64,000 nucleotides of DNA from Marsupella aquatica (taxonomy: Eukaryota; Plantae; Marchantiophyta). Numbering within the stretch: position 1 is the stretch's first letter; each line of letters starts with the position of its first letter. The notes under the pieces were generated by a model, which did not search any database, was not told the DNA's origin, and saw only the letters and a list, made by a program, of their open reading frames with translations. Below, piece after piece: positions 52,884 through 64,000 of the stretch. Position numbers and translations under genes: made by a program. The stretch is taken from the NCBI GenBank assembly GCA_973895155.1, contig OZ316891.1:27751561-27815560 (forward strand), given 5' to 3'.

Positions 52884-53226
52884 ATATATATCAAACTGCC
52901 AAAAAACAGAGGGTGCCGAATCGGGAGACATGATCCCACAGGCAAAAGACCCAATCAAGGGGGGAAACCACCAAGGGGCCAAGAAAAGCAAACCCAAAGA
53001 CAGGAACCCAAACGCCTACCTATCAGCAAACTGGAGAGCCTGGTAAAGCTCCGGTGTGAACTGCATGGGGGGGTCAAGCAAAGGAATCCTACTAGCGGCC
53101 CTAAGACCAACAGTCTTCCCCCTACGAAGAATAGTGAACGCCTGAGCCCGCTGAAGCGCAACAGACACCCTCTGTCTAAAGAATGCAGTGATGACCGACA
53201 CAGGGGGATAGGGCCTCCGCTCGACG
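52884..53226 (-). mobile_element. 5'-truncated non-LTR retrotransposon 3' end, CRE/RLE-clade-like, with 8-bp TSD
   Basis: The minus-strand peptide FFRQRVSVALQRAQAFTILRR resembles the QR-x-S-x-A-L-QR-x-[NQ]A motif at the C-terminus of CRE-type elements. It ends in a short (TA)n. The direct repeat TACCTATT lies at 52876-52883 and 53227-53234. Confidence 0.65.
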
Positions 53227-53281
53227 TACCTATTGGATTAAGATAGGGCTTGATGGTCATTTTTCATTCCGTTGTGACCTC

Positions 53282-53452
53282 TCTTGCCTTAGTTTAATCA
53301 AAGGTTTCTTGCCTTAGTTTAATCAAAGGTTAGTAGAACCATAGTCATCAGATTCTGGTGTAGGTCTTCATTCTTGGAGGATCTCTTTCCTAGTCTTTTT
53401 CTAGGTTTTTCATTCTTGGAGGATCTCTTTCCTAGTCTTTTTCTAGGTTTTT
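53282..53452. repeat. Two small exact tandem duplications (about 25 bp x2 and 42 bp x2)
   Basis: tcttgccttagtttaatcaaaggtt occurs twice. ttcattcttggaggatctctttcctagtctttttctaggttt occurs twice. Confidence 0.9.
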
Positions 53453-56400
53453 CTCTGCTGTCCTGCGGCACTTAGGCCTTCTGTCTCTTGTTCTCTTTGG
53501 GGTTTCTCCTGGTCTAATTGATTTGACCCTCCATGAAAAAGCTAGTAGGGCACAGACCCCTGCTAAAGTTGGTGTAGCACGGGTACACCTCATCTTTAAA
53601 ACAATTCCATCAAGTGAAACCCCTCACCTGTTTTATGTTTTTCTTTTGCTTTTTCAAGCCATCACTAGCCATGACAAATTTCTTTTGCTTGTTTTAGCTT
53701 TCACTAACCATGACAAAACCTGGATCCAATTAAAACTAAATTTACCTTGAAATTGTGGAACAAACTGGCACCATAGAGGAAAGGAGTGAAAGGAGAGAAA
53801 AAGGGGAAGTATTGGTCATTTCCCCTTTAAATATGGCCAGTGGCTGTTTACAACAAGGGAACCCCTGCCCAAGAGTAAAACAGAAACGCAAAAAAAGGAG
53901 TGCAGAGTTGCTGAGCCAACCCTTTTGCTTCGTATTGTTCCGCCAAAAAATGGATTTCAATTGAGTTTCCAAAGTAAAAGAGTATTTAGCTCTGGGGATG
54001 CGCCATGGTGACAAGCACACGCACAGCAATAGGCAGCAAGTAATATTCCAGAGTACAGAATGCATTGCGGAGCGAATTGTTCGAGCTCACAATCTTACGC
54101 TAGGTGGAACAGTAGCTACTGTAGATTTCATGGAGCCATGGAGGATAGGCTATGTGTCCTTAGATCACAAATCCTGTAGTCTATTCCACAACTCTTTTCG
54201 CTCATACGTTAAATCAGGAAGCAGGAGATGAGTACACTCGAGGGAACATCAAATGAATCAATCATCCCAAACGATTCGTGCATGATCCACCGACCGCGTC
54301 GTCACAGCACAGCATTGCTGGAAAATTAGCAGTGGAGGCGTCCGACGTGGAAGCTTATGGCCCCACATCCAAGAATAAAAAATTGGGGTACTAGGTTTTC
54401 AGCCAGCAACTCTATACATAGATTTGAAAGCAATCGTCGTCATCTAGAGAGCAACCAAATACTGCGAAGGGAATCAATCACTCGTTCAGGTCCAAACTAC
54501 AAGTAATCCAAATTCAGTTTCCACGATGTGGGAAGGAGATTGGGGTCACGTTAATAAAACCAGAGATTCCCGGGAAATCACTTCTACAGTGAAAAGCAAG
54601 TAAGATCCCAAATTCCAGAATAATTTAATCGAAAGCTGACCAAGCTTGAATTGTGCCCTTCACGATTGGAGCATTATATTCCTGAAACGCAATGGTTCGG
54701 ATACTGCTGAGAAGGGCTCGATGCTGAAGGGGAATATGAAGAAGAGGAACCAGTCGAGACTTCCACAAAGCTGATTGTGGAGTGACCCACAATTAGGGGA
54801 ATCATTCACGAGAAGTAAAGCGTTTGCACGTTAGTGAATGTGAATCAACTGTTGAGGACAAACACGGTGTCCCACTCAGACCTAACCAAGCCCACAAAGC
54901 ATCATTCTGCTGTCAAGTTGACGTAAGTATGATCTGAAAGTAAAGTAGGCCTTCCTTCGCCGTGGTGAGTCCCAACACTTGCAGTGCGGCGTAGGCAGAG
55001 GAAAGCAGGGAAACTCTGTCACCATGCAAACGAGGGCACAGTTCTCAGACATGAACATTCATGCAGCTCCATTTTTCCACCACGTGGCAAATTCTCAGGT
55101 AACATCCACTAACCATCATCAAAATCTTTGTTTAGGCAGCATGGTTGTTCCTCCGTTGATCGTCACCCCTCATCTTAACTTCTCAAAACCCCCCACATTC
55201 TGTAGAAAAGACGAGGCTTTAATAAACAGGTAAAGCCTCACCCCTCGTTTATGCGGCTGTTGCAAGCCTAGTCCAGCTGGGGAGGCCCACCTGGAAACTG
55301 GATCTTGCTTATGGGGATCTAGCAGGACTCCACAAGCCCCATCTGTTCACTATATTTCGTCCACGTGACACCATTCATTTGAGCAAATAGAGGACGAAAG
55401 GGAGAGTCTTCTTCACACACGACCAAATGGCTCCGACCCTCAGCCTTCGATTCCGTGTTCCACGAAAGAGTGACGTCCACGAGACTTTCGATGCACATCT
55501 TTGTTCCACGAAGCGTTGATTGATGGCAATAAAACTGGGAAGTGCCGAGAGAGGAAGGTGCATACAGATATGGCAATTCCCGCAGACAAGCCGCAGCAGG
55601 CCAGTCCCATGTAGAGTGTACTTCATCATTGTCTTCTCATAGAGATTCTGCGCATACGTGCGAATGGGCAAAACAGGGAACCATGTCGACCTTCCAGCGC
55701 TGCTCCACTGTAGTCTAAATTTGGGCTGTCGTTAACACTGTTTTTAGTCAGACCCACCTCCGACACCCCCAGGATGGTCCTCTTCCAAATGCCGGTATTG
55801 ATGATGCACTGAAGAAGCACCTTGCTTGGCTAATTCGAAATCGAAAGACCTGACAGGCGACAGCGTCTCTTGATGCAAATAGGAAACGTCTCCATAAGCA
55901 ACACAATATTTCATGGACGCCAACAGCAGAAGGCTTCGATAATTGACCAGGACAAGATGGCAAGATGTCTCCTTATCTGTATCCTATGTTACAATGTGAT
56001 TGTTGCAATGCTGATGACAGGCAAACAACCATGGAAGTCGTCATCTAAGCAGCAGGAAAAAGCAACCTATATAGGTATGCCACGTTCAATTATGACAAAG
56101 ATGCGATGAGAGAATGCTACTTGTATGTTGGAGAGGAGTTAAATATACAATGAGTCTTCACACTGAAGATGCCAGTAATCAGGTCACCGAGGGACTGAGA
56201 TCAGAACAGCCTGATATAATGTAAGTCCACAAAGCCATAACAAAATTCAGCTTACAGCTAATGTTGTCCTACTACTCAAGGGTTGTTTAACAGTTGCATT
56301 ATATAATCCCTAGCAAAGCAGCAACTAGCCACCCCTACCCCTAAACACTTTTGCCGTCAAGAGGATCACAGGAATGGGAGCCACTGCAAGGCCCAGCCCC

Positions 56401-56887
56401 AGACGGACCCTGCTTGCTAAATGTGGTTGCATAACCGCACCGACAGGTCACATTCTGATCCCCCCTAAGTGATCCAATTACCATTCCCCTTCGTGAAGAA
56501 GATTAAATCAATGTTACAAATATCCAACCATCAGCATTACCACGCACAACTCCAAATCCTCAAGATATCCATCTGCTTCCTTTCAGCTGCTACTCCTGCA
56601 CTACTTGTCCATGGTGGGTTGTCGATGGAGAACTTCTATGAGAATTGCTGTCCGGAATGACTCTGCCTTTTGTACAAAATAGGCCGAGCTGGTATCACTC
56701 GCCCACAGAAGTTTTTCCATCTCTAGATGTAAGGCTCTGTACGACTCATCGGAGCATAAATATATACCGCAGATAACACTCAAAATTGAGTGAGCCACAC
56801 CATCCAGCCTCTTTCGTCGAACAGACCTTCAACAAAGTGAAAAGCTCTACTTGAATTGGTACTAAACCAGAGAATTGTCCCCTAGTA

Positions 56888-59316
56888 TCATTGAATTACG
56901 CACGAGCATGTTTGTGAAGAGTCGTTGTCTGATTCATCATCTGAATCGTTTGTATCACTGCATCATATAAGACCATGACGACACCAAACAGTCAGCCTTG
57001 TCTAGTACAGCAGCAAAATCATCTCAACTTTCATCTCCTAATAGATAATGCTTCTATTTCGTCAACAACTAAAATTTACAGAATGGGTGCGTACGATATT
57101 CTATTTTAGTTCTAGTTCAGATTATCTTATTAAACCCACGTAAGAATAATTTAGGGGCGGTGCATAGCAGTTGAAGAGGAACAGAAAGGTTTACGGAATC
57201 AAATTGAGTCGGCCCAAGAAGAGGAGACAAAGATCACAGTTGGGAGTCTTGAGAAAGTAAGAGGTAAGCAACCATTACCGCTTCCACTGACCCAAGAAAA
57301 CTGAAGGAACAGGGTACAATGCCTTGAATGATTGCATTACCTGTACTGTTAAAGAGTTCTTTGTTAAGTGGGTGATTTGATTTGGACGACCAAGTCTGAC
57401 GTCCCCGGCCATGGTAACAACAAATCCGGACAAGATCAAGCACTAATTCAAAAAGCTTATGCTTTCATCTCAAAATACCTGTCCTAACACATCTTCATGG
57501 GAGTCCCGATCATCATCTTCAAAAATCAGTCTGGTGTTAGACACTTATAAACCGGTTGGCATAAAGACTGGTCTTGCTGACGCAGTCCGGTTCAAAAACG
57601 CCAATTCGGCTTCCGGGTGAAAAGAATATAGAAGACATAATTTCGGAGAAGTCTGAATCATCAACTCTCCATTTCAAAGCCAGCTCCATGAATGCGTTAA
57701 TGTTGGCACCTTAATATTTGCCAGAGATGCCGACACACAGAATTCTCTCTTCTTCGACTGCAATTGCAGGTTGGAGTCAGTCCTAACAAAACCCACTTGG
57801 GAATTTCACGGTACTCATTCATATCGAGTGTGTGATGGACAAACGACACGCATCCTAAGAACCGTTTTTTACGAGCCTCACATTATCCTAGATCCAGCCA
57901 ATTCCCCCTACGTCCCGCCCGTCCCAGACTCATCTTGGTGCTTGCCTTTTCATGAAGCTAAGCTATCACTCGTCATGGATCTCGTGAGCCCACCCACTAC
58001 ACTGGAGAATTCCGTGAAAAAGACGCCTACTTCGGCGTCTGATAGATTTGCTCACGCCCCTTGTACTGGAACGTAATTCTTAAAGTAGATTCATGCCGCG
58101 AATTACACGATGGAGTTCTTCGCTGCGAGATGTACGGAGAAAAGGGAGAAAAAGGGGTGTGGAAAATGCGGTGTGTGATAAGGTCCTATAACCTTCTTCA
58201 TCCACTGGTCGATACAACCCAATAAATTTGACAAGAACAAGCTTCATAGGTAAAGCTGTTCGTGAAGCCAGAGGGCTGACACGAAGGTGCTGGAAGAACA
58301 TAAGAAAGGTAGGCAGCGAGCCGCGAAAATCTACTCAGATTGAGTCGCAGCTCAATCACAGGCTGAAGGAGGCCTACAGCAGAGTGGCAGGCCTCTCACA
58401 CCTCCCCACCGGAACCGGATTTTATTCGTGTAGGAGAGAAAACATGAATCTGTCATTTATGTCGTGAAAGTGTATGCGTATTACCATTCATTCATACCAT
58501 TCATTCACCCATTGCTACCCAACGTAATCTTAGAGAGAGAGCCGGGAGGAATGGAATGGGCCAGCGATAATACCTGGGTTCATACTCCCAGACCTCTGCC
58601 AGATCTTTGCCATGGTTGTCGGTCCAAGTGACTCTGCTGTCCTTACGTTTGTATTGCTTATAATCGTCAGTCGAAACAACGACGTGCACCCCATTGCCAG
58701 CAACAGCGACACCTGCATCCTTAGGAGACCCCTGTTGCTCTGCAGCTGCTGCTGGTAGCGCCTCCTTGTCCAGAGTATTGGAAACGACTAGGCCATATTC
58801 ATTCTGGCTGCCACTGAAATTCGTCGCATGCCTCAGAGGTGCAGGTTGAAGCATGAAGTGCTGAGGGCTGCCGAACATGGACTCTCTCTTGAGGTTGCTC
58901 TTCCCCGGAAGCTTGGGCTGCTGCTGAGTGACGGCGACAGCAGGAGGGATGTCGTCCGTAGGACTGTCATTGCCACTGCAAGGGTGGACAGTTCCATCCC
59001 CCTCCAAGAAGGCGGTCAAGGCAGCGGGAGGGGGCAGTGGTAACGGCGCGGAGGGTGCCATGGCTGTGGTTGCATCCCCACCGCCTCGTTGAAGAGGAGT
59101 ACCTGTTGCCTGTTGTGGGGATTGTTGCTGCTCGTCTTTGGTCCCCAACACCACCGCGTTCTTCTGAACGATGGCCGCCGGATCAACCTCCGACCCCCTG
59201 CAACAGCAGCAGAGCAGACAAGTCGCGCACCCTCGGGGCGCTTTCTTTCCTGACGCCAGCGAGTGCTCCCTGTTGTGGCTAGCGTTCTGCTGCTTCTGCT
59301 GCTCCTGCTGCTGCTC
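56888..59316 (-). CDS. Conserved plant protein of unknown function (recalled as AT1G22790/AT1G34010-like) with SILK-like and RVxW motifs and C-terminal CaaX; start codon unresolved
   Basis: The exon 1 frame is open from 59316 to 58574 (SLASGKKAPRGCATCLLCCCC...KSNLKR...KRKDSRVTWTDNHGKDLAEVWEYEP). A GT-AG intron spans 58573-56958. Exon 2 (56957-56888) completes S-DTNDSDDESDNDSSQTCSCVIQ-stop in phase. Confidence 0.85.
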
Positions 59317-60287
59317 CTATTGCACCTGCGGTTGCTGCTTGAATCTACTTCTCTACACAAGCTTGATCCACCCTCTCTCATCCCCTCTCCCCTCCCCTCC
59401 AGTGTCACCACTGCTGCTGCTGCTGTACCAGTACTGCCTTCGACCACTGATCAATCACTCACTCAAACAATAAATCAATCAATCAATCCATCAACCCCAC
59501 CCATCAGCTTCGTTTCTGCTTCGCCACACACAGCCTCGCTCTCCACAGGTACCATCAAGCCTTATCGTCATTGCAGCACTCATAACAATTCCACTCTCGC
59601 CATCACCAACACCATTATGGCCTCGTTCTTCCTGCAAGTGCTACTGCTGCTCCTGCTCCAGCTGCTTCGTCTTGTTCTTGCTCTCCTGCTGTTTCTCCTA
59701 CCGAACATCTCCCTGAAGACCTCCGTCATGACAATCTCTCCCACCCATTTTCTACACACACTCTTTTACGGAACAAGCATTCCTCATCCATTCAATTTCT
59801 CCTCACCAGCTGCTCGTCCTCGTGTTCGTCTTCGTCTGCGCACCACGACCAGACACCTGAGGCTGAAAATGGGAGACAATGGGATGAGCAAGCGTGGGAG
59901 AAAAAAAAAGATGAAGGGAGAGAGCAGCGAGGACAGAAAGATATGGAAGCGGGAAGGAGGGAGTGAGACAGAGCAGCGTGCAGCAAACCGAAGCAAACCA
60001 AAGCAAAGCAAAAGAGTGCCCAATGCCAGCGCGCGCTTTCAGCTTCAACAGCTCTCTGGTAGTGTACACATAACACACAAGACAAAACACGACGAGAAGA
60101 CGACAGAAGCCGGAGCGACCGGGAGACGAACGGAATGGGACGCGACGCTGTGCAAATGTAGAGGAATTGAACTAGTAATGGCAGAGGCGCCTATGCGGGG
60201 GAGGGAGCCTGAACATTATAATGGGAAGAAGCCGGGCCTCCAATCGAACCCACAAATAGCACGGCAGACGACCAAAATGCAGGGGAC

Positions 60288-60333
60288 GAGAGGAGAGGAG
60301 AGGAGAGGAGAGGAGAGGAGAGGAGAGGAGAGG
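60288..60333. repeat. (GAGAG)n pentanucleotide microsatellite
   Basis: gagaggagaggagaggagag..., read directly. Confidence 0.95.
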
Positions 60334-61031
60334 AGCGGGCGGGATGATGGAGAGCTGGAGAGGCGGCCAGGTGGACAGAAGAAGCAATGGAAGATGCGAC
60401 AACAATGGAAGCACCCTGCCGAAACGAAACAATGAACATCCGCCCGCACTGAGCGGGAGAGAAAGAAATCAAATCCCCCCTCCCCCCACCCTCCCAGAAA
60501 CAGGCGAGGCGACGAGTGGAATGCAAAAAGGCAACACCAACAGCAACAAAATGGAATGGAATCGGATGCGTTTCCTGGAAACTAAACGAACCTTAAAAAA
60601 CGGAACAGGACCGCTTGTCTTCCCAAAAGAGGATCAACCCGATTCAACCGGGGCCGACGACCAGCATACCCAAAAACCCCTGCTCCGGATAGATGAGCGG
60701 GCAGGCAAGCAAGCAAGCAGGCAGGCACGCAGACACACGCAACAGCAAAGCTATCAATCTACTGTACATGATTGGAGTCTGCCATGACTTGCTTTCTCGC
60801 TCCCTGTAGCTTCTCCGAAACGCCCCCCATGCCCCACCTCCCTACGCGACGAGCAAAGCAAGCTACAGCACGAAGCTCGCTGAGCCCGCTGAGAGCATCC
60901 ACAACGAGACAGAATGATTTCGACCCCTCATGTGCGAGAAATCCGAGACCTGAGAGACAGAATCGGAGGCACTGTCGTGACGTCGCCCCGAGCTCAGAAT
61001 CATCATAATCATGCGCCAGCGAGAAAAGAGT

Positions 61032-61186
61032 GAGAGAGAGAATCGCAAAAGGAGAAGAGGAACAGAGCACCACCAAACGGCGAAACAGAGCACAGAGAGC
61101 CGCAAAAGGAGAAGAGGAACAGAGCAGAGAGAGAGCCGCAAAGGAGAAGAGGAACAGAGCACCACCAAAAAGGCGAAACAGAGCAT
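61032..61186. repeat. Imperfect tandem repeat, three copies of gcaaa(a)ggagaagaggaacagagca
   Basis: Cores near 61045, 61102 and 61138. It lies in the probable 5' leader or promoter of the minus-strand CaaX gene. Confidence 0.85.
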
Positions 61187-62489
61187 CCTCTATCCAATCA
61201 AAGCGAACAGAGCAAAATAAATTACTCCTCTCTCACGCAAAAAAAGGATGGGATGAAAAGACTCCGAAGGATCAGAGTGCAGAGCAGCTTATTTTTAGAC
61301 GCAAAATTTCGCGAGATTCCAAGTCCCCCAAAAAAGTAATGGCCACTTTAGACTAAAATTGGCTATTATTTGTATCTCATCATTAGCCATTTTCCCACCT
61401 AATGACAGACCCCATTTGCCAGAATGTTATGGTCATTTGTAAATCTGGGGAGATCTTGTGATCAAGAAACAATTCAGAAAAACCAGATAAGGAATACACC
61501 TACAGTAGCATCTTTGCCTTTAGAGGCTGACATGCGCCATATTGGTGAAAAAGCAAAAGTTAAAAAAATATGCTGAGACAGTTGGCAGGAGGAAGCTGAT
61601 GAAGCGCATTTATCAATCACTCCAACTTCCACCAAGTCCCATGAACCGCATCAATTCACCTCCATTGCACTTGTTCCATTATAAAATTCTCATCTACGTG
61701 AAGCCAAGTAGAGTGAAATGTGTCTAAGTGCACTAGTGCACGCTCCCCAGGACAAGTAAAGGAAGCGAAGTAGAGTGAACCTTGTCTAATTGCACTTTCC
61801 CAGGAAGACACCACCAACCATCACTTATCCACTACGATATACGGGCACGGAACCATTTTTTGTATTTCTCCATGTTTGCACAATAGTGCATGGGAATCAT
61901 TTATACATTCCTCAATTTGTTGTTGGATCACGCACATGGGACTCCTCATGGTGAAAACCCTCATATTGCACATTTTAACTGGATAAGTCATTGCTTAGCC
62001 CTGATATTGCACATTTCAATTGAATAAATGCACTTATGAATAAATGCTTCCCATATTGGAATAATTGATACATGCATGTGTACACTTATAGGAGGAAAGG
62101 AACTTCTCTATTTGTTATTTAGTGCCAATACTCTGTTGTGTAGCAAGGTTGACCTGCACTTATGTAAAGTGCATTTTTGTTACATTTATATAGAAAATCC
62201 TGAGTTCAGGAAGACACCACCAAACAACAATTATCCATGGAATACATACACTATACTATAAGTACACAGGACATCATTTTTGCATTTCTTCATGTGTGCA
62301 TGGTTTGCATAATTGCATGAGAAACCACTTTCTCACTGTGCGGGCTACAGACATCATATTGCAGAACTATTTTATGTAATTATTTATTATATTTATCAAT
62401 AGATACTTCTTATGAAACATTGTTATCAGTAATGAATGTATGTGTATTTATTATTTAATGCCGGTATTTTATTGTCTAGTGACGGTCAA

Positions 62490-62985
62490 CCCGCATTTAT
62501 AACCGAAATTTATACACCTGCAGTTTTTAATACATCACACAAAAAATCCGTATAATACAAGGACGCGACAGGATTCCTTACATTTACACAGAAAATCCTA
62601 GTAATATAAGGGGACGAAATGATTTTACTGCACTACCGACATTTATACAACTGCGGTCTTTAATACATCACACAAAAAATCCGTATAATATAAGGAGACG
62701 ACATGATTCCTTACATTTATAACCAGCATCTAAACACACTGCATTTTTTAAATTTACACAGAAAATCTTAGTAATATAAGGGGACGACATGGTTTTCCTG
62801 CACTACCGACATTTATACACCTGCATTTTTTAATACATCACACCAGAAATCCCTATGATATAAAGAGACGACATGGTTTCCTTACATTATAACCAGTATT
62901 AATAAAACTGCAGTTTTCACTACACATAAACAGTTTAAAATCATAATAACGTAAGGGGACGACGTGGTTTGCCTGCGCACTACAG
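62490..62985. repeat. Degenerate higher-order tandem repeat (subunits of about 60 bp within larger blocks)
   Basis: taatacatcacac...aaatcc..ta..ata.aagg.gacgacat, atttacacagaaaatc.tagtaatataaggggacga and ctgcactaccgacatttataca all recur. Confidence 0.8.
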
Positions 62986-63426
62986 TAATTCACGGAAATC
63001 ACTTTATCCACGGTTCACTCTACAATAGGGGGAGAGACTGCATCAGACCAGAGCGACTGCGGGATGGACGGCAGAGCGACGCGGGGAGGCAGAGGCCTAC
63101 GACGGCAGTGACAGGCCTACGACTATAACTCCACGACGGGCACAGTCCACTCGACAGCGTCTGACGGTAGCTTCAGGGCTGTGTGACAGTAGTAAGTTCG
63201 AGCGCCTCTGCAATGCATGCATGCGTCCATGCTCGGATGTCCATCCTGCCTGCATGGAGCGAGGGAGCGAGCCATGCATGCAGAGGATGATAGTGTCATC
63301 AAATCCGGGACGGTACAGAGCAGTACCGCCCCTACTGTGGGGGTTGCCAGGTCATCACACCTGACGTACGGTTTCACGTTTCATGTGGTTTCTCGTTTCC
63401 AGCGCATCATCATTCTAGTGCAAAGA

Positions 63427-63651
63427 AAGGTACTCGTAATGACCAATTTCAGACAATTTTAATGTATACCTTTATCCTAGGGCAAGCAAGGTACTCGTAA
63501 TGACCAATTTCAGACAATTTTAATCTATACCTTTTATCTTAGGGCAAGAGAGGTACTCGCAATGACCAATTTCAGACAATTTAAATCTATACCATTATTT
63601 TAAGGCAAGAACGGTACTCGTAATGGCCAATGGCAGACGATTTTACCTATA
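63427..63651. repeat. Tandem repeat of about 62 bp, 4 copies with progressive divergence
   Basis: ggtactcgtaatgaccaatttcagacaattttaat.tatacc near 63429, 63490, 63552 and 63613. Confidence 0.92.
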
Positions 63652-64000
63652 CCACAACATTATTTGCCCAATGCTTATGTGTTTATGGATATACTCTAAA
63701 ACTCTGGGACAGTGGCTCAATAGACACCCTGGGAAACTGGGTACTTTAATAATGGCCCCAAAACTCTTCATACCAGAACCAAAATAGATCTAACGGTGCT
63801 CCTTGTGTACATCTTGTAGGACACTCGTCCTTTCCATTATCTCCCATCCTCATAAACTTCTGACTTTGTCACTCAACGCTACCTAGCAGGTGCATGTGCC
63901 TAGCATAGGCGGATCCATTCCAATTAGTTTGGATAGATAATATTTTCTATGCACTAGCAGAGTTTAGAAAGCATAACATTTCTGCTTCACAACACTTTTG

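Noticed and set aside
59263-60435. 390-aa plus-strand ORF
   Set aside because: It has a non-ATG start, is built from poly-Leu (CTG) and GAGAG microsatellites, lies antisense to the CaaX gene leader, and has no domain. Only stranded RNA-seq or Ribo-seq could rescue it.

Overview
Eukaryotic land-plant nuclear DNA with GT-AG introns. It is probably a non-seed plant such as a bryophyte or liverwort, but that is inference. I reconstructed five protein-coding genes by hand: (1) the 3' part of an EME1-like crossover-junction endonuclease subunit (171-2641, +); (2) a 3-exon MYB61/subgroup-13-like R2R3-MYB (8814-11879, +); (3) an intronless small EF-hand Ca2+-binding protein (35991-36407, -); (4) a 14-exon ATP-dependent phosphofructokinase with a long N-terminal extension (46343-51401, +); (5) a 2-exon CaaX-terminated protein with RVxW and SILK-like motifs (56888-59316, -) whose start codon is not obvious. 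Between the genes are a complete tRNA-type SINE with a 14-bp TSD, up to five ends of a Helitron-like family (four next to a 19-bp minisatellite), a TSD-flanked CRE-like retrotransposon 3' fragment, a diverged inverted-repeat pair bracketing about 14.5 kb, and many tandem repeats. The most notable oddities are an in-frame degenerate duplicate of the start of PFK exon 9 with its own splice acceptor, and the AUG-less N-terminus of the CaaX gene. I found no rRNA, intact tRNA, CRISPR array or clearly novel multi-gene system. Family assignments come from recalled motifs, not database searches.
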